Positions 17,295 to 26,263 of a DNA stretch of 41,281 bases are shown here, in pieces. Source of the stretch: an uncultured Clostridia bacterium (GTDB lineage: Bacteria > Bacillota > Clostridia > Oscillospirales > Acutalibacteraceae); assembly GCA_937902305.1 (NCBI GenBank), contig CALDHV010000045.1, positions 1 through 41,281 on the forward strand, in the 5' to 3' direction. The notes under the pieces are model-generated. The model was not told the DNA's origin. It did not search any database and worked only from the letters and a program-made list of their open reading frames with translations. The translations under genes and the position numbers were made by a program. Positions within the stretch are counted from its first letter, which is position 1; every line of letters begins with the position of its first letter.

Positions 17295-18661
17295 ACCTTG
17301 ATCTCTCCTTTCGCCGCTTCTTCCTGCTTTTTCTTTTCCTCCGCCGCTTTCCGTCGGCGTTCAGCCGCCACAGCGGAGCGCGCGTATTTGAAGCTCTGCG
17401 TCAGCCGGCGCTTTGCCGGGCAAACGAATGTACAGCATCCGCACTCGATACATTCCATACCGTTATGTGCCTCAAAGCCCGCAAGGTCGGCGGCGTCGGC
17501 GTATTCCGCCAACAGCGTCGGCACCAGCATTTCGGGGCAAGCCTCGACACAGCGTCCGCAACGGATGCACGCGGTCGGCTCAAATGCCGCGACCTCATCG
17601 TGTACCATCCCGAGGATGGAGGAGGAGGTCTTGGTCACCGGCACATGCAGATCGGTCATCGCCACGCCCATCATCGGGCCGCCGGAAATGATCTTCTCCG
17701 GCTCGGTCTTGAAGCCGCCGCCCGCCGCCAGCACCTCGGCGTGGTCACTGCCGACCGGCACCGCCAGATTGCAGGGGGTTGCCGCCGCGTCACCGGTGAC
17801 GGTCATCACAGTGGTGATCTGCGGGATGTGCAGGCACACCGCGTTGAAAATGGAAACGACCGTGGACACATTGATGACGACGCAACCAGCGTTGATCGGG
17901 AGCTGTGACGAGCAGATGTCCCGCCCGGTCACGGCGTGAATGAGCATCCGCTCACCGCCCTGCGGGTACTTGACCTTGAGCGGCATCACGGAGATGCGCG
18001 CCTTGTCCGCCGTCTTTTCGGTCAGCAGGCGGATCGCCTGCGGCTTATTCGTCTCGATCCCGAACACGCCGCGCGCATCGGGGAAAAGCTGTAAAACGAT
18101 CTCCAGACCGGCGACCAGCTTATCCGTCATTTCCATCATCATCCGATAGTCCGAGGTGAGATACGGCTCGCACTCGGCGGCATTGACGATAACGGTATCG
18201 GGCGAAACGCCCGGCTTCATCGTCAGCTTGACATGGGTCGGGAAGCCCGCACCGCCCTGTCCGACGATGCCCGCGTCGCGGATGATATTCAGTATTTCCT
18301 CATTGGACAGCGTGGCGGGATCCCGCTCCTGCCCGTATTCCGGCATCGTTTCGAAAGCACCATCGTTGTCGATCACCACCGACATCACCGATGCACCGTT
18401 GATGGTGCGTCGCGGCTCGATCGCCTTGACCGTGCCGGACACCGCACTGCATATCGCCGTGGACATAAACCCGCCCGGCTCGGCGAGCATTTGCCCCACC
18501 AGGACGCGATCACCCACCGCCACGACCGGCTTTGCCGGTGCGCCGATGTGCTGTGCCAGCGGATAGACCGCCTCACCCGTCGGGCGGAATGCTCCGATCG
18601 CCGCATCGGCGGTCAGTGCTTTTCCGTCAGCCGGATGAACACCGTGCTTGAAGGATCGCAT
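17291..18661 (-). CDS. rnfC: Rnf complex subunit C
   Basis: 456 aa. Contains the GIVGQGGAGFPTHVK nucleotide/FMN site and two CxxCxxCxxxCP ferredoxin motifs (CIRCGRCVEACP, CIECGCCTFVCP). Confidence 0.92.
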   Translation of the reverse strand: MRSFKHGVHPADGKALTADAAIGAFRPTGEAVYPLAQHIGAPAKPVVAVGDRVLVGQMLAEPGGFMSTAICSAVSGTVKAIEPRRTINGASVMSVVIDNDGAFETMPEYGQERDPATLSNEEILNIIRDAGIVGQGGAGFPTHVKLTMKPGVSPDTVIVNAAECEPYLTSDYRMMMEMTDKLVAGLEIVLQLFPDARGVFGIETNKPQAIRLLTEKTADKARISVMPLKVKYPQGGERMLIHAVTGRDICSSQLPINAGCVVINVSTVVSIFNAVCLHIPQITTVMTVTGDAAATPCNLAVPVGSDHAEVLAAGGGFKTEPEKIISGGPMMGVAMTDLHVPVTKTSSSILGMVHDEVAAFEPTACIRCGRCVEACPEMLVPTLLAEYADAADLAGFEAHNGMECIECGCCTFVCPAKRRLTQSFKYARSAVAAERRRKAAEEKKKQEEAAKGEIKV

Positions 18662-18723
18662 TGATTGTTACCCCCTTTTATATTTAACCCGGAGCCCTGC
18701 CGGGTATCATGGCAAAAGGAACA

Positions 18724-18752
18724 CCGCGGAGGAGACATTCCTCCCCCGCGGG
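18724..18752 (-). terminator. Terminator downstream of lysC
   Basis: The reverse strand reads CCGCGGGGGAGGAatgtCTCCTCCGCGG followed by TGTTCCTTTT, immediately after the lysC stop. Confidence 0.6.
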
Positions 18753-18756
18753 CCGG

Positions 18757-19962
18757 TCATTCGTCAAAAAACTTGCTATGTACCGCCTGAACAGCGCGGT
18801 CGGCATCCTTTTTATCCACCACGACCGACACACGGATCTCGCTCGACGAGATCATCTGAATATTGATCGCGGCATCCGCCAGCGCCTCAAACATTTTTGA
18901 CGCAACACCCTCATGCGTTTCCATACCCGCGCCGATGATGGACACCTTCGCCACGTCGCTGTCATAGGAAAGGCTCTCCGCGCCCATCATATCGCAGTAA
19001 TCCTGCAACGCATCCACCGCATTCTGCGCACTCTTGGCAGGAACGGTGAAAGCAATATCCTTGGTGCCGTTGCGTCCGATGGATTGCAAGATATTATCCA
19101 CCGTGATATGCGCCGCCGCGACACGGGAAAACACCTTGAACGCGATACCGGGATTATCCGGCAGAGCCGTAATGGACACACGGGCGATGCCGTCGTCCTT
19201 TGCCACGCCTTTTATCATCATAGATTCCATCTTCGTTACCTCCCTGACCTTCGTTCCGGTCGCTTTTTTCATACTGGAAAGCACTTCCAGCTCGACATTG
19301 TATTTCTTCGCCATTTCCACCGAGCGGTTATTGAGCACCTGCGCACCGGAGGTCGCCATTTCCAGCATTTCGTCATAGGTGATCTCATTGAGCTTGCGGG
19401 TATTCGTGACCTTGCGCGGATCGGCGGTATACACGCCCTCCACGTCGGTGTAGATCTGGCACAGATCGGCGTGCATCGACGCCGCGATCGCCACCGCGCT
19501 GGTGTCCGAGCCGCCGCGTCCGAGCGTCGTCAGATCGTCGTATTTATTCAGCCCCTGGAATCCCGCGACCACGACGATGCGCTTGCGGTCAAGCTCGGAA
19601 CGGATACGCTCCGGGTTGACACGCTTGATGCGGGCGGAGCCATACTGACTGTTGGTCTCAAAGCCCGCCTGCCAGCCGAGCAGCGACACCGCCGGGCATC
19701 CCAGCTTTTCGATCGCCATGGCGAGCAACGCGATGGAGATCTGCTCTCCCGCCGCCATCAGCATATCCATTTCCCGCTTGCCGGCGGCTTCGTTGATCTC
19801 CTCCGCCTTGGCGATCAGATCATCCGTCGTATCGCCCTGCGCCGAGACCACCACGACAACATCGTTGCCCTCTTTGTATTTTTCCGTGACCAGCTCCGCC
19901 ACGTGACGGACGCGCTCGGCATTTGCCACCGAGCTGCCGCCGAATTTCTGTACGATCAGCAT
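18757..19962 (-). CDS. lysC: Aspartate kinase
   Basis: 401 aa. MLIVQKFGGSSVANAERV..., VVVVSAQGDTTD, and a C-terminal ACT pair. SD GAGGAG upstream. Confidence 0.92.
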   Translation of the reverse strand: MLIVQKFGGSSVANAERVRHVAELVTEKYKEGNDVVVVVSAQGDTTDDLIAKAEEINEAAGKREMDMLMAAGEQISIALLAMAIEKLGCPAVSLLGWQAGFETNSQYGSARIKRVNPERIRSELDRKRIVVVAGFQGLNKYDDLTTLGRGGSDTSAVAIAASMHADLCQIYTDVEGVYTADPRKVTNTRKLNEITYDEMLEMATSGAQVLNNRSVEMAKKYNVELEVLSSMKKATGTKVREVTKMESMMIKGVAKDDGIARVSITALPDNPGIAFKVFSRVAAAHITVDNILQSIGRNGTKDIAFTVPAKSAQNAVDALQDYCDMMGAESLSYDSDVAKVSIIGAGMETHEGVASKMFEALADAAINIQMISSSEIRVSVVVDKKDADRAVQAVHSKFFDE

Positions 19963-19977
19963 ATCTATTCTCCTCTA

Positions 19978-21231
19978 TTATATATGGCTGTACAGCCGGA
20001 TAGCCCGCTTGAGCTCCATTCCCTGCAGGGAGGCGATCTTCTCCTCCAACATATATTCCGGCATACACGGAGTAATGAATGCCACCTCGTTTTCCGGTGC
20101 GTCGGGGACGGTGATCATCCGCACATCGCCGAAGGTCTGTCCGATCTGCACCAGCGCACGGGCATCCTTTTCAAAACTGAAGCGCACCAGCATCGACGCG
20201 GGTGCCAGCCGGTGATCCCGCACATAGCCGTCCTCCGCCTCGCCCCAGAACAGGTACTTGCGGGCGTGCAAGTGCTTGACCTCGTCGATGACGTCCGCCA
20301 CCACCGCGCTGGCGGTGGGAAGCTTGCCCGCGCCGCGTCCGACGAATACCACGTCGCCGACGCTGTCGCCGCGCACCATAATGCCGTTGAACACATCATC
20401 AACATCCGCCAGCAGATTTTCCTTCGGCAGGATCATCGGTGCGACCATCACAAACAGATGCCCGTCCTCGGTACGGGTCGCCTTGCCGACCAGCTTAATC
20501 ACCCCGCCGCACGCCGCGGCATAGGCGACATCCGCCTCGGTGATCGCAGTGATGCCCTCGGTATAGACCGCATCGGGATAGACGTGCTTGCCGAAGGCAA
20601 GCGATGCCAGAATACAGATCTTGCGGCAGGCGTCCATTCCCTCGACATCGGAGGCGGGGTTGCGCTCGGCATAGCCGAGCTTCTGCGCCAGCGCCAGCGC
20701 GCCGTCAAAGGACATCTTATCCCGGATCATCCGGGTCAGCATAAAGTTGGTCGTGCCGTTGAGGATACCGGCGATCTCGAACACCTCGTTTGCCGCCAGG
20801 CACTGGTCGATCGGGCGCAGGATCGGGATACCGCCGCCGACGCTCGCCTCAAACAGAAAGTTGAGGTTGTTTTCCCGCGCGATGGCAAGCAGCTCCGCGC
20901 CCTTCGCCGCCACCAGCTCCTTATTAGAGGTGACGACGCTCTTGCCGCGCAACAGGCACGCCTTAACATAATCATACGCCGGATGAAGCCCGCCCATCGT
21001 CTCGACGACGATGCGTATTTCCTCATCCTCGAGGATGTCCTCAAAGCGGGTGGTGAAAATGTCCGCATAGCTCAATTCCGGGAAGGTGCGCAGGTCAAGG
21101 ATACGCTTGACCGCGATCTTGTCTCCCGCCTTGGCAGCGATGCCTGCGGCATTATGCTGTAAGACCTCGGCGACGCCGGAGCCGACGACGCCGTGTCCCA
21201 AAATGGCAATAGCTATCATAGATTTACTCAT
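19978..21231 (-). CDS. hom: Homoserine dehydrogenase (with C-terminal ACT domain)
   Basis: 417 aa. IAILGHGVVGSGV Rossmann motif and a NKELVA...GGGIP catalytic region. The start is uncertain (ATG 21231 or ATG 21219). The gene lies only 13 nt after the PBP1A stop. Confidence 0.9.
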   Translation of the reverse strand: MSKSMIAIAILGHGVVGSGVAEVLQHNAAGIAAKAGDKIAVKRILDLRTFPELSYADIFTTRFEDILEDEEIRIVVETMGGLHPAYDYVKACLLRGKSVVTSNKELVAAKGAELLAIARENNLNFLFEASVGGGIPILRPIDQCLAANEVFEIAGILNGTTNFMLTRMIRDKMSFDGALALAQKLGYAERNPASDVEGMDACRKICILASLAFGKHVYPDAVYTEGITAITEADVAYAAACGGVIKLVGKATRTEDGHLFVMVAPMILPKENLLADVDDVFNGIMVRGDSVGDVVFVGRGAGKLPTASAVVADVIDEVKHLHARKYLFWGEAEDGYVRDHRLAPASMLVRFSFEKDARALVQIGQTFGDVRMITVPDAPENEVAFITPCMPEYMLEEKIASLQGMELKRAIRLYSHI

Positions 21232-21244
21232 CCTTTACTCAAGT

Positions 21245-23632
21245 TCAAAATGGAAAAAACGGGAAAAACGGGTTGCGATTATCGCCATCATCCTCGTCCT
21301 CCTCTTGAGGAGACGGGGTGGTCGGGGTCGGCTCATCCTGCCCGATCTCGGTCGGCGCGGCGGCGCCGGCAGTCGTTTCGTCGGTGCCGGAGGACGCGGC
21401 GGTCGTGGTGCCGGTCGTAGAGATCCCGCTTCCTGCGCCGTGCTTATCGCAATACTCCGGCACATTGGACGACTTATAGGTGCCGGTATCGGTGGACGGA
21501 CAACCGTCGGTCGCCAGCAGACCGGTCGCGGTGCAATATTTCGCCGTGACGATGCCGCTGGGCTTCTCGAAGTTCTTGATCGGCTTGCCCTTGTGGAGCT
21601 CTTTCATCGCCAGATTCCACAGATTGCGGGCGGCGGAGGTCTGCGCTCCCTTGGTCAGCACGGTGTTGTTATCATAGCCGAACCAGCTTGCCGCGGCATA
21701 ATATCCGGTGCCGCCGGCGAAATACACATCCTTTTCGTTTTCGGAGGTGCCGGTCTTGGCATACACCAACCAGCCGGGCCACGACTTGTTGAGGCCCGCC
21801 GCCGTACCGAGCGTGGTGACGCGCTCCATCAGCTTGATCATCACATAGCAGGTCTGTTCATCCAGCACCATCGTGGATTTCTGCCCGCCGATGAGCAGGG
21901 TGGAAGTCTGCTCGTCCTCGCCGCGCAGAACTTTATAATAGGTATAGGGCTTGTTGTAGAAGCCGCCGCTGCCATACACGGCATAGCCCGCCGCCATATC
22001 CCGCGCGGTCACGCCGATGGTGAATGCACCGAGCGCCATAGGCGCCAAATCGACGTCCGAAACGACCTTGCCGTTGATTTCCTGATTGTTCACCAGTGTG
22101 GATAGACCGAACGTATTGGTCGCGTAGTCAAAGCTACGTTGCGGGGTCAGATTTTGCACCAGACGCGCCGCGACGGTGTTGAGCGATTTCTGCAAAGCGA
22201 CACCGAGCAGGACATTGCCGCGGTCGGGTGTGCCGCGTGCCTCGTAGTTATGCGGCCATTTGGTGCCGTTGGGCAGTGTGATGGGCGCATCCCGCATGAC
22301 CGAGGAATAATGCACCATATCCAGCGCGACCGACGGGCCGTAGGAGGTCAGCGGCTTGATAGACGATCCGGGGGAGCGCATCGACTGGGTGGAACGGTTG
22401 AGCACCCGGTTGGCGGTCTTATCGCCCCGTCCGCCGATGGTCGCGACCACCTTGCCGGTGTAGTCTACCGCGAAAAACGCGGTTTGCGGATCCTCCTTGT
22501 CCTTTTTCAGATGGGTCGGGAAGTTCTTTTCGTTCGCATAGATCGCTTCGATCGCGTGCTGGGTGTCGGGGTCCTCGGCGGAATAGATCGACAATCCGCC
22601 GTAGAACACGATATTTTCGGCATAGTTATAGGTGTAGCCGTATTCCTCCATCAGGTCGTCGATGACGTCCTCGACCACCAGGTCGGTGTAGTAATCCTGC
22701 ACCGTCTGGTGTACGGCACTGCTCTTGATGACCAGCTCCTCATTGTACGCCTGGATATATTCCTCTTTGGAGATCATCCCGAGCTCATACATCTTGGCAA
22801 GCACAATCCGCTGACGCTGACGCACATTTTCGGGGTGCTGATACGGGTCATACAGGCTCGGGTTATTGGTGATACTGACCAGCGCCGCCGCTTCGGCAAG
22901 GTCAAGCTCCTGCACCTCTTTGCCGAAATAGTAGCGCGCGCCGATACCCACACCGACCAGCTCGCCGGTCAGCGGCATATTGTTGAGGTACGCCTCCAGT
23001 ACCTCCCGTTTGGTGCTTTCGTTGCGCTCCAGCTCGATGGCGGCGAGGATCTCATTGACCTTACGCTTGATGGTGTGGTCTTTTTCCTGCGTGGTGACAC
23101 GGATGAGCTGTTGGGTGATGGTGGAGCCGCCGTACTCGGTCGAGCCGACGTGGAACATACGGTTGACGACCAGGTTTGCCATAGCGCCCACCGTCCGCTT
23201 CCAGTCCACGCCGTTGTGATCCCAGAAGCGTTCGTCCTCGATCGCGATCAGCGCATTCTGCACATCGAGCGGGATCTCCTTGAGATCCACCCACACGCAG
23301 TTACCGCCGAGCAGGTTGTGATACGGCTCCCATTCGCCGTCGTCATTTTGGATATAGATGACCGAACGGGTTTCCATCGACATCTTGCCGAGCTCCGGCA
23401 AATTAGTTCCGTCCTGGAAGGTCTTGACGATATACACGACCAGCACACTGCCGACGATACAGACGGTGATGACACCGATCAAAGCCACCGTCAGGATCAA
23501 CCGACCCAGCCGCCGCCAAAAATGACCTCTCTTCTTCTCTCTGTGAAATAGGTTCGTAAAGAACGTCTTGACCTTTTCCGCCAATGAGCCGAGGGCCGGC
23601 GCACCGCCCTTTCCGAACAGCTTTTTCATCAT
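21245..23632 (-). CDS. Class A penicillin-binding protein (PBP1A family transglycosylase/transpeptidase)
   Basis: GT51 motifs are EDERFWDHNGVD, GGSTITQQL and RKVNEILAAIELE. Transpeptidase motifs are SPGSSIKP (SxxK) and KTGTS. Start moved to the ATG at 23632 (MMKKLFGKGG...) after SD AAGGAGGA. Low-complexity Thr/Pro/acidic tail ends ...NRNPFFPFFPF. Confidence 0.9.
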   Translation of the reverse strand: MMKKLFGKGGAPALGSLAEKVKTFFTNLFHREKKRGHFWRRLGRLILTVALIGVITVCIVGSVLVVYIVKTFQDGTNLPELGKMSMETRSVIYIQNDDGEWEPYHNLLGGNCVWVDLKEIPLDVQNALIAIEDERFWDHNGVDWKRTVGAMANLVVNRMFHVGSTEYGGSTITQQLIRVTTQEKDHTIKRKVNEILAAIELERNESTKREVLEAYLNNMPLTGELVGVGIGARYYFGKEVQELDLAEAAALVSITNNPSLYDPYQHPENVRQRQRIVLAKMYELGMISKEEYIQAYNEELVIKSSAVHQTVQDYYTDLVVEDVIDDLMEEYGYTYNYAENIVFYGGLSIYSAEDPDTQHAIEAIYANEKNFPTHLKKDKEDPQTAFFAVDYTGKVVATIGGRGDKTANRVLNRSTQSMRSPGSSIKPLTSYGPSVALDMVHYSSVMRDAPITLPNGTKWPHNYEARGTPDRGNVLLGVALQKSLNTVAARLVQNLTPQRSFDYATNTFGLSTLVNNQEINGKVVSDVDLAPMALGAFTIGVTARDMAAGYAVYGSGGFYNKPYTYYKVLRGEDEQTSTLLIGGQKSTMVLDEQTCYVMIKLMERVTTLGTAAGLNKSWPGWLVYAKTGTSENEKDVYFAGGTGYYAAASWFGYDNNTVLTKGAQTSAARNLWNLAMKELHKGKPIKNFEKPSGIVTAKYCTATGLLATDGCPSTDTGTYKSSNVPEYCDKHGAGSGISTTGTTTAASSGTDETTAGAAAPTEIGQDEPTPTTPSPQEEDEDDGDNRNPFFPFFPF

Positions 23633-23703
23633 TTTCCGTTCCTCCTTGGAATACAGACAAATCGAAAAAACAAAATCCCCTACTATATAATATTGCAATA
23701 ATA

Positions 23704-23732
23704 ATAGTATTGCAAAATTGCGCAAATGTCAA
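23704..23732 (-). promoter_or_regulatory. Putative PBP1A promoter
   Basis: The reverse strand reads TTGACA (23732-23727), a 17-nt spacer, then TACTAT (23709-23704). The spacer and flank carry three ATTGC(G)CAA-like half-palindromes. Confidence 0.5.
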
Positions 23733-23838
23733 ACACATTTTGCGATTTCCGTCGGTTTTTTCACATTTTTCCTCTTTTCGCGGTATCTTTTGCGCCTTTT
23801 ACGGGCAAACTACCGACAAAAAAGAGGAGGGATTTGCT

Positions 23839-24150
23839 GTGAAATCTGCCAAAAGGGTCGTTTTACTTGCCATTGCCGTCTCTTTACTGATCGTCGCGGT
23901 GGTACTGTTTGTCATTTTCCGCTTTTGGCTGCCGCAGAGGGCACCGCGCGCGGCGGACGAGCCGCAGTTCGTCATCGGCGACTGGAACGGGCAGGTGGCG
24001 GTGTTTGAGGGGGGCGAGGAATATCCGATCCGGGTATTCGACGTTTTCACCGCCGCCCTGCCCGCCGAGGAACAAGCCCGCGTCCTCGCCGGCATCCCCG
24101 CCCAGGACGAGGATCGCCTGAGCGTGCTATTGGAGGACTATACAAGTTGA
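23839..24150 (+). CDS. Small N-terminally anchored membrane protein of unknown function
   Basis: GTG start 8 nt after SD AGAGGAGGG. The 103-aa product reads VKSAKRVVLLAIAVSLLIVAVVLFVIF..., then ...IGDWNGQVAVFEGGEEYPIRVFDVFTAALPAEEQARVLAGIPAQDEDRLSVLLEDYTS. This resembles small conserved clostridial proteins I cannot name with certainty. Confidence 0.6.
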   Translation: MKSAKRVVLLAIAVSLLIVAVVLFVIFRFWLPQRAPRAADEPQFVIGDWNGQVAVFEGGEEYPIRVFDVFTAALPAEEQARVLAGIPAQDEDRLSVLLEDYTS

Positions 24151-24174
24151 GATCAGCGGTCAGAGGATCGAAAA

Positions 24175-24225
24175 GGGGTTGCTGAAGAAGTCAACGGACT
24201 TCTTCGGCAACCCCGCCTTTTATTT
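24175..24225 (+). terminator. Rho-independent terminator of the small membrane protein gene
   Basis: GGGGTTGCTGAAGAAGTC-aacg-GACTTCTTCGGCAACCCC followed by GCCTTTTATTTG. Confidence 0.75.
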
Positions 24226-24344
24226 GTTCCCGTCGGGACGGCGTTGCCCCACGCCAAATAAAAACTATGCGAAAATATGGATTTTGACTTGAATTGCCGC
24301 AGAAAAGATGGTATACTGTACCAAAGAAAAAGGGGGGGAGTAGG

Positions 24345-25385
24345 ATGCTTTGGTATCGGGCGATGGCGGTTGTAGCGGCGATCGCGTTGATTGCTATGCT
24401 GTGTCTGCCGTTTTCGGCGATTTCCTTCATCGGCGACAACGCCGTCCTTCTGGATGAATCAGCCACGCTGTCGATGACCTATTTTCGCGGCAATGTATCC
24501 TACAGCCGTCCCAAGATACCGTGGGTCACCGGTCATAGCGGAAAAGCCATCTATCTCAATGGGGAGAATGCCTTTCTGCAAGCCAACGGGCCGTTGCCGG
24601 CGACCAATGAATTGACAGTTTCTCTGTGGGTCAATCTGTCCGCGACCCCCGCCGTGGAGGATAACGCCGGGCTGATCTCCATCACCGGCGAGGATGAGGA
24701 AAACACTTTTCTGGTATTTTCCCCCAACGATTATGCCTCCAACGAAACCATCAGTATCCATGGCGCTATGCTTCGGCTGAAGGCTCCCGGCTACAATTTC
24801 GCCATCGGGCGCACGGTAAATGACAGCGGTCTGTCCCCTCTGAATCCGGGCTGGCATCACATTGCCATTGCCTGGAGCGATGCGGCGTTGCAGTTTTATG
24901 TGGACGGCGTTTGCTGGGCAACGCGTGATACGGTGATCGGGCCGCACGCCTTTGCACCGAAAAAGCTGGTGATCGGGCGCAATCTGCGTCCCGGAATACA
25001 GGGCGGCTATTGTCAATGCGCGGTGGATCAGGTGACGGTGTACAACCGTCATCTTCTCCAATCCGAGATCGCCACATTGTGCGGCGACATTCCCAAGCCG
25101 ACCAATACGACTACCCTCGCCACCACCACCGCACCGACGACGACCCGGTATCAGCCCAGCACCCCCGCCGATCCGCATCAACCGGATAATCAGCTGTGGC
25201 TGCTTTCGATCCCAATCGGAGCGATATTCCTCGTCGTGCTGACCTGTTTCGGACGACGCAATATCCAGCAGACCGAGGATCCCGAAAACGCTGTGGAGGA
25301 CATCTTCTACGAGGACGAAACGGTAAAGACGTATTTCGAAAAGGATGTGCTGATGTATGATCCCCCGAAAAACAAGCGAGAGTGA
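24345..25385 (+). CDS. Type-I membrane protein with extracytoplasmic LamG/ConA-like (Laminin_G_3-type) domain, Thr/Pro stalk, C-terminal TM helix and short acidic cytoplasmic tail
   Basis: Start moved to the ATG at 24345, after SD GGGGGGAG. The N-terminus is a signal sequence or anchor (MLWYRAMAVVAAIALIAMLCLPFSAIS). LamG-type blocks are GKAIYLNGENAF..LTVSLWVN..WHHIAIAW..LQFYVDGV..VIGRN..VDQVTVYNRHLLQSEI. The stalk is PTNTTTLATTTAPTTT and the TM helix is LWLLSIPIGAIFLVVLTCF. Confidence 0.75.
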   Translation: MLWYRAMAVVAAIALIAMLCLPFSAISFIGDNAVLLDESATLSMTYFRGNVSYSRPKIPWVTGHSGKAIYLNGENAFLQANGPLPATNELTVSLWVNLSATPAVEDNAGLISITGEDEENTFLVFSPNDYASNETISIHGAMLRLKAPGYNFAIGRTVNDSGLSPLNPGWHHIAIAWSDAALQFYVDGVCWATRDTVIGPHAFAPKKLVIGRNLRPGIQGGYCQCAVDQVTVYNRHLLQSEIATLCGDIPKPTNTTTLATTTAPTTTRYQPSTPADPHQPDNQLWLLSIPIGAIFLVVLTCFGRRNIQQTEDPENAVEDIFYEDETVKTYFEKDVLMYDPPKNKRE

Positions 25386-26235
25386 CGCTATGCGCCGCGC
25401 GGCGGCGGAACAGGGTATCCCCATCACACACGGCGACCGCACACTGGTATGGCACGATGAGTTTGCGGACTATTCCACCATCGACCGGCAGTGGAAGTTC
25501 CATGTCAATATGCGTTCGACCGACTGCACGCTGGAAACCGACCGCCGTCATCTCGATGTGAAAAACGGGCAGATGGAAATGCACACCTACCGGCTGGACG
25601 GCACCGACGGTATGGTGTTCAGCATCCCGATGGCGATCACGACCATAGATAAGATGGTGTTCCGCCGCGGCTATCTCGAAATGAGGGCGAAGATCCCGTT
25701 CCGACACGGGGCATGGCCGTCCTTTTGGATGGTGACCTATCTGCCGCTCAAGCAGTCCGCCATACGCTCCGAGATCGACATTTTTGAGGTTTTCTCCAGC
25801 CCCGATACGGCGGTCTGCAACCTGCACAAATGGTTGCGTGACGAGGACGGCAAGCTGATTGCCCACGCCCAACTGGACGGCAAAATGGTGTCCGATAAGC
25901 GGTACAGGATGCCGCACGCCGAAAATATCAACGGTGAATATCACCTCTATGCGATCGACTGGACGGAGGAAAAAATCACCTTCATCATCGACGGCGTACC
26001 GTACTGCACCATTGATCTGACCAAAAGCTTCACCGACAAGCCCGGCTTGGAGGCAATGGACTGCTATCAAGACTATCACTATATCATCTTGTGTGATTAT
26101 GTCTTTTCGCCCGCCAATCATTGGGCGCCGAAGGAATATACGCTGACGCCCGATGACCCATGCCCGGTCGATTATTATGTCGATTATATCCGGCTGTATC
26201 AAAAAACCGGCGAGGATATGCTGGTAGAAGAATAA
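25357..26235 (+). CDS. GH16-family glycoside hydrolase (beta-glucanase/laminarinase-like), paralog 1, no signal peptide
   Basis: 292 aa. LVWHDEFAD, WPSFWM and the catalytic-type motif SEIDIFE (ExDxxE). The ATG overlaps the last 29 nt of the LamG gene in another frame. Confidence 0.8.
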   Translation: MIPRKTSESDAMRRAAAEQGIPITHGDRTLVWHDEFADYSTIDRQWKFHVNMRSTDCTLETDRRHLDVKNGQMEMHTYRLDGTDGMVFSIPMAITTIDKMVFRRGYLEMRAKIPFRHGAWPSFWMVTYLPLKQSAIRSEIDIFEVFSSPDTAVCNLHKWLRDEDGKLIAHAQLDGKMVSDKRYRMPHAENINGEYHLYAIDWTEEKITFIIDGVPYCTIDLTKSFTDKPGLEAMDCYQDYHYIILCDYVFSPANHWAPKEYTLTPDDPCPVDYYVDYIRLYQKTGEDMLVEE

Positions 26236-26263
26236 CGATATTCAGAAAAGGATGTGCTGATGT

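Noticed and set aside
16530-17939. 469-aa + strand ORF across rnfD/rnfC. The same reasoning covers similar long ORFs: 875..1696 +, 5607..6809 -, 11875..12573 -, 12524..13447 +, 22139..23551 +, 24459..25442 -, 25111..26202 -, 28336..29433 +, 34941..35897 -, 36274..37089 -, 37982..38875 -, 38912..39694 -, 39857..40897 +.
   Set aside because: All are antisense to genes with strong homology signatures. All have extreme Arg/His/Pro/Gly composition and lack SD sequences and recognisable domains.
18662-18756. Possible lysine riboswitch or T-box associated with lysC/hom, or a leader for rnfC
   Set aside because: The region is only 95 nt and contains a simple terminator hairpin plus the rnfC SD. No L-box or T-box hallmarks are seen (specifier loop, T-box sequence, conserved L-box helices). 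Upstream of lysC and hom the gaps are only 15 and 13 nt.
18913-21162. 749-aa + strand ORF, the longest in the track after the PBP gene
   Set aside because: It lies entirely antisense to lysC and hom, both of which have clear family signatures. Its translation is Arg/His/Gly/Asp-rich low-complexity sequence with no motifs, which is the typical shadow ORF of high-GC coding DNA.
21245-21300. Tandem GAAAAACGG repeats at the PBP1A 3' end as a regulatory repeat
   Set aside because: They are in-frame coding sequence for the FFPFFPF tail. They are short and adequately explained as low-complexity coding slippage. They are mentioned only within the PBP finding.
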